This document shows positions 11,801 through 24,510 of a stretch of 37,496 bases of DNA, in pieces. The DNA is from Octopus bimaculoides (lineage: Eukaryota). The position numbers and the translations under genes were made by a program. The DNA is taken from the NCBI RefSeq assembly GCF_001194135.2, contig NC_068998.1, forward strand, positions 29,741,469 through 29,778,964, given 5' to 3'. Within the stretch, counting starts at the first letter, position 1. Each line of letters begins with the position of its first letter. The notes under the pieces are model-generated. The model was not told the origin of the DNA. It did not search any database and saw only the letters and a list, made by a program, of their open reading frames with translations.

Positions 11801-14800
11801 CTTCCAAGGTTTTCGTCGCCTTTTGCAACTTTGTCAACATCCATTGACAAAGTTGCAAAAGGCGAAAATTTGAATAGAAAATTTGGAAGAAAAATATAAT
11901 GGGCCAGCATCGTATGTAAAAAGTAATTTCTATTTTATTCTCCAGGAGATAGAACTAGCCATCAAACATTGATAGTGTATGCCTAATAAGAATAAAGGTG
12001 TTGAACTCTAATTTACCTATTAAGCACATCAGAGAAAAGTTGATACAACTCAATCACAAGAAATTTTACAAATTGTTCTCATGCAATTTTTATCTTGTAG
12101 ACCAGTTATTCTGAAACGGTGTGCAGCAAATTTTTAAAAATGCAATTTAAGGCTTTAGAAAATATGTTATGCGGGCAGTTTGCTCAGGAACAGTTGGTCA
12201 AAATATGATTTGTGGAAAACAATAGTTAGAAAAAATAGTTGGTTACATCAACAATTAATCAATTTATAGCAAATATTAGATTATAGGAAATATTAAAACT
12301 TTAAAGATTTATGAAATTAGTTCTTATTAGAACATTAAAAGTGTTGTAGTTTATAAATGTGTGTTAAAGTAGAAAGCGATGTTATTAGACTGTAAACATA
12401 AAATGACATAACGTGAATTTATATAGTGTATAGCATTTTGATTAAAAAAAAAAACATTTTAATAAAATGTGATGATACAACCTTTCCCTTTAACTTATTT
12501 TAAGTAATTCATTCAATTGTATTTCGATCAACTGTTTCCAATATCTGGACTGAAACCAGAAAATCTTGAGCAACATCATAAATGTGTTATTCATAATTTT
12601 CATTATACACAAATATAATTATCAAAAGAAGACGAATAACTCGTCTATAGTTTTTAGTTTAAAACATAGGATTTTAAAACTTTCCATACGAAATGTAATA
12701 GTAATGTAATTCTTGATTTTTATTGTACCGCGAAACTAGTTCTCTACTAATAAACTGTGTTATGGTAGATGTGTCGTAAATGAATGAAATAATGTTTCAC
12801 TTCTCAACACCCGCCTTCCTTTTCTTTTCTTTTTCTTTTTTTTTTTGTCCTCTTTATCATAGTTAGTCATCTTTTTATTTTCATGTTTCTCAGTAACATA
12901 AAATGACATAACGTGAAATTATATAGTGTATAGCATTTTGATTTTAAAAAATACATTTTAATAAAATGTGACAATACAACTTTTCCCTTTAACTTATTTT
13001 AATGAAAACGCATTAAGAAAATTTGCAAAACACTTCCTTAACAAGTCACTATTTCCTGCAATACATTTGATAATTCTTTATCCAAAATGCTTGTGGCAGG
13101 AGTTGTTTCAGATTTCAGAATGTTTTCCACCAGAACAAACCTACCCATTACACAGTCGCTTTATCCTGTCAACCATATAGAAGAGTTAAAAATTTATTTC
13201 GCTTCTTACATTTGTTTTTTTTTAACTTAAATTTTAGCATTTATAAGATCAAAATAATATATAACTGTAAACTAGCTATATAAAAAAGTCCTAGGTTTAA
13301 ACAGCTCTCACTAAGCTTATTTTCCCACTGTTTGATACATTCAAAATCCAACAAAATGAATAAAATTTACTTTTAAGAAAACATTTCACGAAAAAATTCG
13401 GTGCGCTTTCAGTGATTTATCATTTGTGGAGCAAATTTCTAACAGAAGATTTTCGGATTTTGGAAATTAAACGATAAAATACCATTACCACCGTTCATAA
13501 TATTGCTGATATGAGCCAATGAAATGTGGTTGCCCAACCTACTAGTAAAAGAGACAGGTCTCCCTCAAATGGCACCGTGTTGTCCTAAAAAAGAAACATT
13601 GGATTATAATTAATGACAGAGACGAGATGTTTATAGCAGGAATAACTTTCATTATAGCTCTGTTGCTAAACAGTATCATTAACAACAACTTATTACTCTT
13701 GTTAGTGATATATCTACTAAGAATAATTTTGTTATATACATCAAGATTGTTGTCAATATATACTGGTAGATACATCTAACAAAACTCAGTATCATTAACA
13801 AGAATAACTACAATCACCACCATGAATATCAGAATCAACTTTCATCTTCAGGGTTACCAATACACCACACCAATACAACTATCATTACCACCCCTATTAC
13901 CACTGTCACCCCATTAACATCATTATCATCATCACCAACAATATCGCTGTCAATATGTCTACCACTTAGCAGACCTATCACCAGTAACAACATGATTATG
14001 ACTTCCACCAATCTCGGTGTGTTAACACCAGCATAAACATCACTAGCAACACCATCAAGATTATTTCTAGCTAAATTACGATCATCACTGCCACAACACA
14101 AAGAACAATCAACAACACCAACATTATTGTTATGACTATCACTACCATCACTACTATATGTATCCTTATCATCACCCCTTCTATCATTAATGTCAAATGT
14201 TTATAATTGACAGACAAGCTAAAGGTTCCAGTCGTAGAGAAAGTGTCGGCTCTGAAGAAATTTATTTTCCTCAGCGTTGGAAAATTGCATTTCATTGGCG
14301 ACGGATCTAGACCAGACACAGACGAAGATTACGAGATAACAATTCATGAAGGCGATGAGAAAATCCTGATAAAAGGTGTAGGTAAAGCAGGTGTCTTCTA
14401 CGGTATACAATCACTGCTCAGTTTGAAGACGGGAAACCCCACCAACGGCTACACCGTGCCCATAGCCTTCATCAGAGACAGACCTCGCTACTCTTATCGT
14501 GGAGTTCAGATCGACGTGGCTCGGAATTTCCACAGTAAAGAGTGTATCCTCAAACTGATTGAAGCTATGGCTACCTACAAGATGAACAAGTTACATCTGC
14601 ATCTCACCGATGACGAAGGATGGAGGATCGAGATCCCAGGCCTACCCGAATTGACATCGGTCAGTCCAATATCATAGTCGAGTGGATGTGTATATTCTAT
14701 GTGGGTAGCAATTATAAAGCTGAACATAAGAAGGCCAAATTTCAAATGACTGAAATTCAGAATAACGAAAATGCAGAACACGGAATGCTGTAATGTTAAA

Positions 14801-17186
14801 AATCAAAACACCAAATGTTGAAACATTTTGAAGGAATATAAGATTTATTTGCAGTTTTAAAAAGGAATTTATTCGAGAAGTTACACGATAATAACAGATA
14901 AGCGAGATATCTAAAACAAAAATTAAATAGATAAATAAAAGTGTTCTTCAGGGATGCAACGAACACCTAAACAAAATGTAGATAGTTTGTTCATCAAATA
15001 TTTCCTCACTTTAAATTCTCATATTAATTAGAATTTTCTTCCATTCTTTCAAAACAAATATTAATATCTTGAATACCATTAGATCAAAAGTTGGCTTGTG
15101 CACTTGCATATCTCCATTTACCATCACTCATTCGCTCTGTAATACTAATATATAAGCTTTGGCCTTGATCTTACGGTATATTTATGGTTGTATTGAAAGA
15201 AAAGAAAGGAAATATTCAATCATGAGAGAATTTAAAAAACAGAAGTATTCGATAAATAAATTATTCAATGCTTTTGTTTTCAATATTGTATCTTGCAAAA
15301 ACTTCTATTTACTAATCTATTTATTTTTGTGTGTAAATATGCTAATTTTCTCGTTTACCTTTATTATTGTGATGCAGTATAATAAAAAAAATTGTTTCAC
15401 AAATAAACTCATTTATAAAAGTGTAAATAAATAGCTTTTAAGACCGTTTCTCTTATTTTCGACATTATTGTATTCAGTATTCTGGTTTTTCGATCATATG
15501 AAATTCGATTTTCTTATGTTCAACTTATAAGACAAACCTATTTTGTCTGTGTGTGTAACTTTTAGTAGGAGAGATATGACCATTCATATTTGAGAGTATC
15601 CGTATGCAATTATGTATATGTGAGATCTTTACACAGGTATGTATATATGCATAATCATAACTGTATGTGTGCGTCTCTATGGAATAGACTTGTAGATACC
15701 TAGTACAGACATCCTACATATGCACTTACGACGTCGAGGGTTCCAGTTGATCCGATCAACGGAACAGCCTGCTCGTGAAATTAACGTGCAAGTGGCTGAG
15801 CACTCCACGGACACGTGTACCCTTAACGTAGTTCTCGGGGATATTCAACGTGACACAGTGTGACAAGGCTGACCCTTTGAATTACAGGCACAACAGAAAC
15901 AGGAAGTAAGAGTGAGAGAAAGTTGTGGTGAAAGAGTACAGAAGGGTTTGCCACCACCCCCTGCCGGAGCCTCGTGGAGCTTTAGGTGTTTTCGCTCAAT
16001 AAACACTCGCAACGCACGGTCTGGGAATCGAAACTGCGATCCTATGCCTTAACCACTGGGCCATTGCACCTCCATATGCACATACACACTAACTTACATA
16101 TAAAAAGGAGCTGTCTATGCATTATATTCTCTCATACGTTCAGACATGTGCGTTCTTATAAATGCATACACATGTAAATCTCAGAAGACCTATCATGCTC
16201 ATCATTCCACATATACAGATACTGATACTCAAATGTATATAAAGATATAAAGAAACTTTCCTTACAATGTCTCTCATTGATCAGTAATTCACCATATTGC
16301 TTATATTGCAGATTGGCTCCAAACGATGTGACGATATGACGGAGAGAATATGTCTGATGTCACAGCTTGGCTCTGGTCCCAATATGAACTCATCAGTGAA
16401 TGGTTACTACACAGTTCAAGACTATCAGGAAATTCTTAAAGCAGCCAAAAAACATTATATTGAAGTTATACCCGAGCTAGATATGCCCGGCCATGCCCGT
16501 GCCGCCATAAAATCAATGGAGGCGCGGTCCAAAGCAATCAGTGGAAGCACGGGTTCAATGTATTTACTGACCGATCCTAATGATACATCACGTTACCAGT
16601 CTGTGCAGATGTTCAGTGACAATGCCTTAAACCCATGCGTGACAGGGAGTTTCAGATTTCTGACCCATTTACTGAACGAACTAAAGGCCATGCATAAACC
16701 TATCATGCCGCTGAAAAACTATCACTTTGGAGGAGACGAAGTAGGAGATGGAGCTTGGTTGAAGTCACCCGCTTGCCAGAAACTATTGAATTCATCTATT
16801 TTTACAACCAGTAAGATAAAACATTATTTCGTCTCTATGGTTAGCAACTTAACTGCACCTCTTAATCTGGACATCTCCGCTTGGGAAGATGGACTAATGG
16901 ACACTAGTGAACAAGTGTTTCCGAGAAATTCATTACAAAATAGAAATGTAACAGCTTATGCTTGGGACAATATATGGGAATGGAACAAGGCCAGCCGTGC
17001 ATACAAGTTCGCCAATGCTGGATATAAGGTAAATTATTAAATTTCTCTTGATATACGAGAATTTTCAGTATGCCTATCTATCTACCTATCTATCCATTTA
17101 ACTTGGAAGCTATCTCTACATATATGTACGAGTATGTGTGTGTATGTATGTGTGTGTGTATGAGTGTATATGTACATATATCTAAT

Positions 17187-17225
<39 letters not shown>

Positions 17226-20200
17226 CCTGCACACACTAGCACTGACCCCCTTCCCAGCACCTACACCATCATCCACACACCTACACATGCACACACACAC
17301 ATGTCAATGTCACTAGCCCCCTTCCACACGCACGCACACGCACATACACGCTCTCACATACACACGCAGGCACACCTTCGTTTTGGGATCACCACTACTT
17401 TATTATCGCCCCTTCTTCCTAGCTCTCCTGTGTGACCCCTCTGTCCGGCATTCGCCATNNNNNNNNNNNNNNNNNNNNNNNNNNNNNNNNNNNNNNNNNN
17501 NNNNNNNNNNNNNNNNNNNNNNNNNNNNNNNNNNNNNNNNNNNNNNNNNNNNNNNNNNNNNNNNNNNNNNNNNNNNNNNNNNNNNNNNNNNNNNNNNNNN
17601 NNNNNNNNNNNNNNNNNNNNNNNNNNNNNNNNNNNNNNNNNNNNNNNNNNNNNNNNNNNNNNNNNNNNNNNNNNNNNNNNNNNNNNNNNNNNNNNNNNNN
17701 NNNNNNNNNNNNNNNNNNNNNNNNNNNNNNNNNNNNNNNNNNNNNNNNNNNNNNNNNNNNNNNNNNNNNNNNNNNNNNNNNNACAGCAATAAGAAAATGT
17801 AGGGGATCAAGAGGTGGTATTCATATTTATTAAAAAGAAACAATTATAACAATATACATACATGTATAACATATTATGCTTTACATATATAATATATAAA
17901 ATATAAAAATACCAGTAATTATTAAAATATATAACGTAGACCATAAAAAGTAGAATAGTATCTTACAGCTGTTTCAGCCAAGAGGCCATAGTACCCCACT
18001 TTACTTCCATCCCTTCGGTGAACTGAAGTATTTAGTAGATAAGATTAAGATACTTGGGTGTGCCTCTGGGCTTCGTCAGAGAGTTTAGAAAGTTCATAAG
18101 GTTAAGTTATGAATGTAAATACATACATATATACACACTTTTACATATACATAAATATACGTAAATACATTTATATACATTTATATGCATTTATATGTTT
18201 ATTGTATATGCGTACAAAGGAATCAATTATTATTATTATTAGGTGTATTATATTATTCTTATTAGATAAAGTATAAACAGAGGAAAGGAAAATAATCAAA
18301 AGAGAAATGATAGTGGAATTTAAATAATCAATATATCTTAAGATTACTGTAGTTATGTAGAAATGAAAAGGTATATAAATGAGGAATACATGTATATATA
18401 CATATATAAACACACACATATATATATATTCATGTACAAACATACCCATAGTACATACATATTTCATGTGTTGAGAAGGGAGGAATACTGTAGTAGTTCG
18501 TATTTTTCTTTTTATATAATTATAATAATTATACACAAACATATATATATATATGTAAGGAACGACCGTGCGAACTCAAAAAGGAGAAATGGTGACGAAT
18601 GGAAAAACAGAGGACTCCTTTTATTTAAACGTGTCACACGGTCGAACACAAAATATTATATATCAAATGATGATATACATATAATATGTTATACGACGAT
18701 AACATAGATGACCAGTAATGAAAGACCACAACCGTATAAGATGAATAACAGAAATATTTATTGTAGCATTAAAGTGTATGTCTGTGTGAGAGTGTGAATG
18801 CGACATATAAGAACATAATAAAAGACAGGCCGTCATACAAAGAAAAGTGTGTATGTGAGTGATACATGTATGTGTATGTGAGACATTACAGCAGATAGAA
18901 AGAGAGTCAATAACCGTGAGCATTTATACCAGTTCTTGGGTACACATTAGTATGAGTCTGTATGTGAAAGAAGTGAGTTGAGGCTGTGTGTGGCAGTGCT
19001 GATCACTAGTTGTGGTGNNNNNNNNNNNNNNNNNNNNNNNNNNNNNNNNNNNNNNNNNNNNNNNNNNNNNNNNNNNNNNNNNNNNNNNNNNNNNNNNNNN
19101 NNNNNNNNNNNNNNNNNNNNNNNNNNNNNNNNNNNNNNNNNNNNNNNNNNNNNNNNNNNNNNNNNNNNNNNNNNNNNNNNNNNNNNNNNNNNNNNNNNNN
19201 NNNNNNNNNNNNNNNNNNNNNNNNNNNNNNNNNNNNNNNNNNNNNNNNNNNNNNNNNNNNNNNNNNNNNNNNNNNNNNNNNNNNNNNNNNNNNNNNNNNN
19301 NNNNNNNNNNNNNNNNNNNNNNNNNNNNNNNNNNNNNNNNNNNNNNNNNNNNNNNNNNNNNNNNNNNNNNNNNNNNNNNNNNNNNNNNNNNNNNNNNNNN
19401 NNNNNNNNNNNNNNNNNNNNNNNNNNNNNCACGGAACAGTTCTCAAAGAGAACTGAACCGAGACTAATTTGCTGGGTATGAGTTGCTCTATTTATAGCGA
19501 ATTATCGGCTCCCGAATGCTTCAGAAAAATACTCTGTCACGTGACCTTATTAGGGGCCGTGATTGGTCAGTTTGCGTTCTGGCGGGAACGGTTCGAAGAA
19601 GTTGCCGCTTCGAATAATAATCAGTCACGTGATGACAAGGAGATGGGTTCTCCGCTACGCCCGCGTTTGTTTATATTTAAATGAGAAGATTGTATGTAAT
19701 GGCGATAGTAGTTTTGTATGTAATGGCGATCGAGGTGTTAGTTTCACTACATATATACATATAAACATGCGATATGTTTTCTATTGAGGGCTTGAGTTAA
19801 CGGTCCACAATAAGTGGGTTAGAGTTTATATTAATACCTGTGATATTAGTCGGTACTAAAAGTAATAAATTTCCGGGTATTAATCAAGATACTTTATTAT
19901 TTTCCGTTACTTTTTGTTTATCGAGTGGCTGAAATCCTGCGGGAAGTGGGGAGGGGGTTATAGTCTGTCCCGTAATTTAATTGGTCATCTATTGTTTTGA
20001 AAGGCCATGAGTTTGTTATGGTTGGTTAATGGATAACCGATAACAAAAACAACAAATTAGGCAAAAATATAGAAGTACTCTCTCTCTCTCTCTCTTTCTC
20101 TCTTTCTTTCTCCATCTATCTATCTCTCTTTACTGATCGACAGGTTGTGATGGCACAAGCTACTCATCTATACTTTGACCATCCATATGAACCGGACCCG

Positions 20201-23200
20201 GAAGAAAGAGGATATTACTGGGCAACAAGATTTATTGATACCCGAAAAACTTTTGGTTTCCAACCAGGAAACATTTACGCTAACATCGATATGAAACGAA
20301 ATGGAGAAAAACTAACTCATAGAAGTGTGTGTGGGCCGAGCGGAAACTTGTGTGAAAAACTCAGCAAACCTGACAATATAATCGGTAAGTTGTTTATGAA
20401 ATTTCAAATATTGCCTTAAGATTAGAATTTTCATGAACTGATCGGATTTCTACAAGTCTGTCTTTTTATTTTTCTTGTGAATTTCTTTGCTGACACTATT
20501 TTCAGTATTATTAAAAACACAAAACAGTATTCATTTTTCTTATAACTTTGTGCTTTCTAACCTACGACCATCAATCTCTTTCTATTTATCCCAATCTATC
20601 CATCTATTTATTACTCCATATATCACTTTCTGCCTATCCTGCAGTAATCTATCACCTCCCTTCCTGTCGTCATCTCTTCGCTTTGCTTTTCCCAGCTACA
20701 GACTTTCCTTTGTTCCCTCTTTCTCTCTTCCCTTCCCTTTCTCACTCTCTCTCCCTCACTCTCTCTCTATCTATCTATCTATCTATCTTCCTCCTCTCTC
20801 CCTTTCTTTTCCTGTCACTTCCTCTCTCACACTCTCCCTCTCTCTCCTACCGCCAGTTTCTTCCCTTTCTTTTCCGACCACAATATCTCTCGCTCTATTG
20901 TTTTAACACCACTATCTCCTGTCACTCACCTGCTCCTACCGCCTATCTCACCCCTTTCGCAATGGATACTGCCACCTTTTTCTTACAATCTTGGCTGAGG
21001 AGAGGGCGTAGTAGCAACAACAACGCATCTAGTCTCGACTGACCAGAACTTACAGTCTGGTTCCTTTTCAAGATGTTAGGAGGCAAGGCATGGCTAAAGA
21101 AGCTTCAATTGTTTGGCTGGGTTTGACTTCCATGGAGGAGGTGACATTCATCACTAGTAGCCGTTTTCATCTCGACTCGACTGGTCACTTCTCATTTGAT
21201 GCCAGCGGCGAGGTGAATTCATTTTCTGTCCTCTTCATTAAAATGTTACATCTGTCAGTTTTTGTCTTTTCAATATAACATCCTGTGCTTTAATGGTGTA
21301 TTTCCAAGTTCGTATCCCTTGAATTGTTTCTCGAATGCAAAATTTTGTGGCAATGTTTCTATGTCAACCTCTGTAAGGTACTTACCTCAGGTTTAAACTG
21401 GTCTTAATGTTTTGACTCCAGTTGAAAGAACTTCATGCTCATCAAAGGCATGTCCTAATATTCGGTAGCAACTTTTTTTTATCTGTGTAAGAGATCTTCT
21501 GACGAAGCGATAATTTTAAGACGAGCTGTAGAACGGACAAAACAGTAGACTTATACAACACAAAACAAACAAAATATATAGTCGTATGATTTAATGGAAA
21601 GTTTAAGGTGATGATAATATAAAACAAAACGAAATGTTCAGCTTTCCAGTTAAACGCTAAATGAAAAAGTCAGAACTCATAGGAAAAGAAAATCATTTTA
21701 AAGAAAAGTTGTTTGCTACTTTATGTAGCTCAACAAACTTCTGTACAGCTCTTAGTTATAGTGGAAATAAGTTGCGCTTACTCCAGCATGCTTTTGTCGA
21801 CATAAGGAATTTCAAGTTCTTTAACTTTAGCCAGCTCGCAGTTCCCAAAGTGCCATTCAATGTTTCATGGACCTCTTTTCCAACACTTTCCTACTGTTAT
21901 ACATTTTTTTTTCGTCATTATTATCTTCATCAACACTTTATATTTTTAACAAGGTCTGCAGTGTAATGTGTGGAGCGAATCAGTAAGAACAGATGAACAA
22001 GTTTTTGAAATGTTTTTCCCAAGATTACTGGCAGCTGCAGAGCGAGCATGGCATGAAGCAGACTGGGAGAAAACTGGAACTCAACAACTGAACGAAACTT
22101 CTGATTTTACTGAGTTTATATCTACAGTTGGTTACAAAGAATTACATCGCTTGGACATGATGGGAATCACGTATCGAGTACCGCCACCTGGTGCCTAGTA
22201 CGTAAAGCTGCTACATTGTTTCAGTGTAATATACATCTATTTCAGTTAAGAATTATATCTCGTCACTAACACTGCCCGCCACAAAGACAATTTATGTTTC
22301 AAATATTTCTTTGAATTTATCGAAGCGTAATAGTTATATAGCAGTTTCCCATTTCTTCACACAGATCTTTTCCTTTTCATTGAACTCTGCAAAGTCTTTT
22401 GTGCTGCAGGGGTTGAATAGAAGAAAAGAGACAAAGCAGTGTGGTCTACCTCTCCACATTCTCAGTCAGTTGGGCCAATCTTGTGACCCCATCAGACTAA
22501 AACAGTTTTTGATCATCCTCTTCTCATTCTCAGGTTGTTGAATGTCTGTCACTGAACCCATGAGAGAGGTCATCAGCGGAGTGGGTTCCCATGTTAATTG
22601 AAGAACGGAGTCTGGTTCTTTTTCGAGATGTTAGGGGCTGAGCATAGCTGAAGAAGCTTCAGACGTTTGGCCGGGTTTTACGCCCATGGAGGAGTGACAG
22701 ATTGTTGTTCAACGTTGGATTAAGTTTCTTGCATGGATTGATCCATTCCAGAGAGAACATGCATAGTCTACAGAGAAGTAGCACAAGGCCAGAGCTATAG
22801 ATCTTAATGTGTGTGCTGTGGATCCCTATTTTGGTGTTGAACAGTTTTCGTAGAATGTTGTTTCGAGAACCAACTTCCAATTTGGTGTTTTTGATGTGCT
22901 CCCTTAAGAAGAGAATATGATCCAACACAATTCTGCAATAGATAGGTAGATTGCTCCAGCGGTGTTCCAGATCATTTCGTGTTAAGAGGCCACTTAGTTT
23001 CATGATTCCTGAGATGAAAATAGTCCACTTGAGTTTTCGCAAGTGGTTGTGTTTGTAATAGAGTAGTAGTTCATTTAGGGTTGAGATAAGGTTTGCTTCT
23101 ACTACCTCAGATGTACTCTCTTGGGATGTTACACAGAGACCATCAGTATAGATAAGCCATTTAGTTTTCTGTGACATAGCTGTGGGGCCAACACAATACT

Positions 23201-24382
23201 TTGATGTAAGCCATTCCGTTGCCGCCGTCAGCGATTTTGCTTTTTGTTCAAAACAACAAAGAAGTACCTGTCATTCAGGTGCGCCCCAATGAGATTTGTA
23301 TGCACCAAGTCTTTCGTCAATTTCAACATTTTTTCAAGAGGAGACGGTGGTTTACAGTGTCCAATTCTGCAGATAGATCCACAAAGACGGATCTTGTTAT
23401 CCGTCCTTTCTGAAACCCATCCTCAATATAGTGAGGGAGATCCAGAAGTTGGTTTTCTTGTAGATACAGATTTGTTTGGTTGTAATTTGGCTTGTTAAGA
23501 AACAGTAGCTAGTTCAACAGCAGGAGCAAGTCTGTTAAACTTTTTGTACCTATTTCAAGTCAAGATAAAAAAAAAGTACTAAAAGAAAGGAAGTACTGCA
23601 TAATTAACCAATGTTTCGTTAGTTTCTTGGAAGACAGACTGATGTTCCTATCCACGGAGAGATGTATCAATGTTGTGAAATCTACGGTTAGCCCCAGTAA
23701 ATCGTCACCAACTATGCATGATGCATACACATGAATCATACACATGAATCTTTGAGGAAAGATCTTGTACAAAGATCATGGAAATGCAGTAATTATTGCG
23801 CCGTTACAATCACAAATATATCCCATTTCTTATTATATTTTAGCTGAATTTTAAGAAATAGATTTCTCAGATTATGAATTACTATTATACACTGGTTTCC
23901 TCTTCATAGTTGTTATAGTTACAACAATTTGATCGTTGTACTAGCTGACCTTCTTCAGGTGTATCTTTAATTATGCTCACAAACTGAGAAGAATTTTTTT
24001 TACAGAGGATCGAGGCTTACTCGATATTGGACTGATCCCGGCTAATCCTACCTACGAATTCGTAGAATGAATTCGGAAAAAAAGGAAGAAATCACTAAAA
24101 TTTTTAGAAAAAAGTCAAGATAATAAATTGGGAACAACCTTACAATATAGAACAACAGAAATAATCGATGCATGAACTGGAGTCTGATAACCTCTTCAGT
24201 AGGCTTAATAAAGAAATTAGTATCATTCGGGTGCCTTTAATTAAGTAAGAAAGAACATTAGGTATGAAAAAATTGAATTCGAAGCTCTTAATTTTTGTTA
24301 CCTATGAATTACTGTAATACAAACGTTCAGTGTCGTGTGTTCGATGTGTCTGTTTACTTGGTTCAATTTCTGGATCAGTGAA

Positions 24383-24434
<52 letters not shown>

Positions 24435-24473
24435 TGCGTGCATGCGTGCGTGCGTGCATGAGTGTGTGCGTAT

Positions 24474-24510
<37 letters not shown>

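Noticed and set aside
13835-14319. Minus-strand hydrophobic V/I/D-rich ORFs
   Set aside because: Products of the CAT/CAC low-complexity tract.
14443-14478. Minus-strand CUGAUGA-A-GGCUA...UAGCC hairpin resembling a hammerhead
   Set aside because: Followed by GUUG rather than GAAA, and it lies within coding exon 5; treated as coincidence.
15990-16072. tRNA-like A and B boxes (also near 25960-26046)
   Set aside because: They are SINE heads within TSD-flanked elements, with no cloverleaf.
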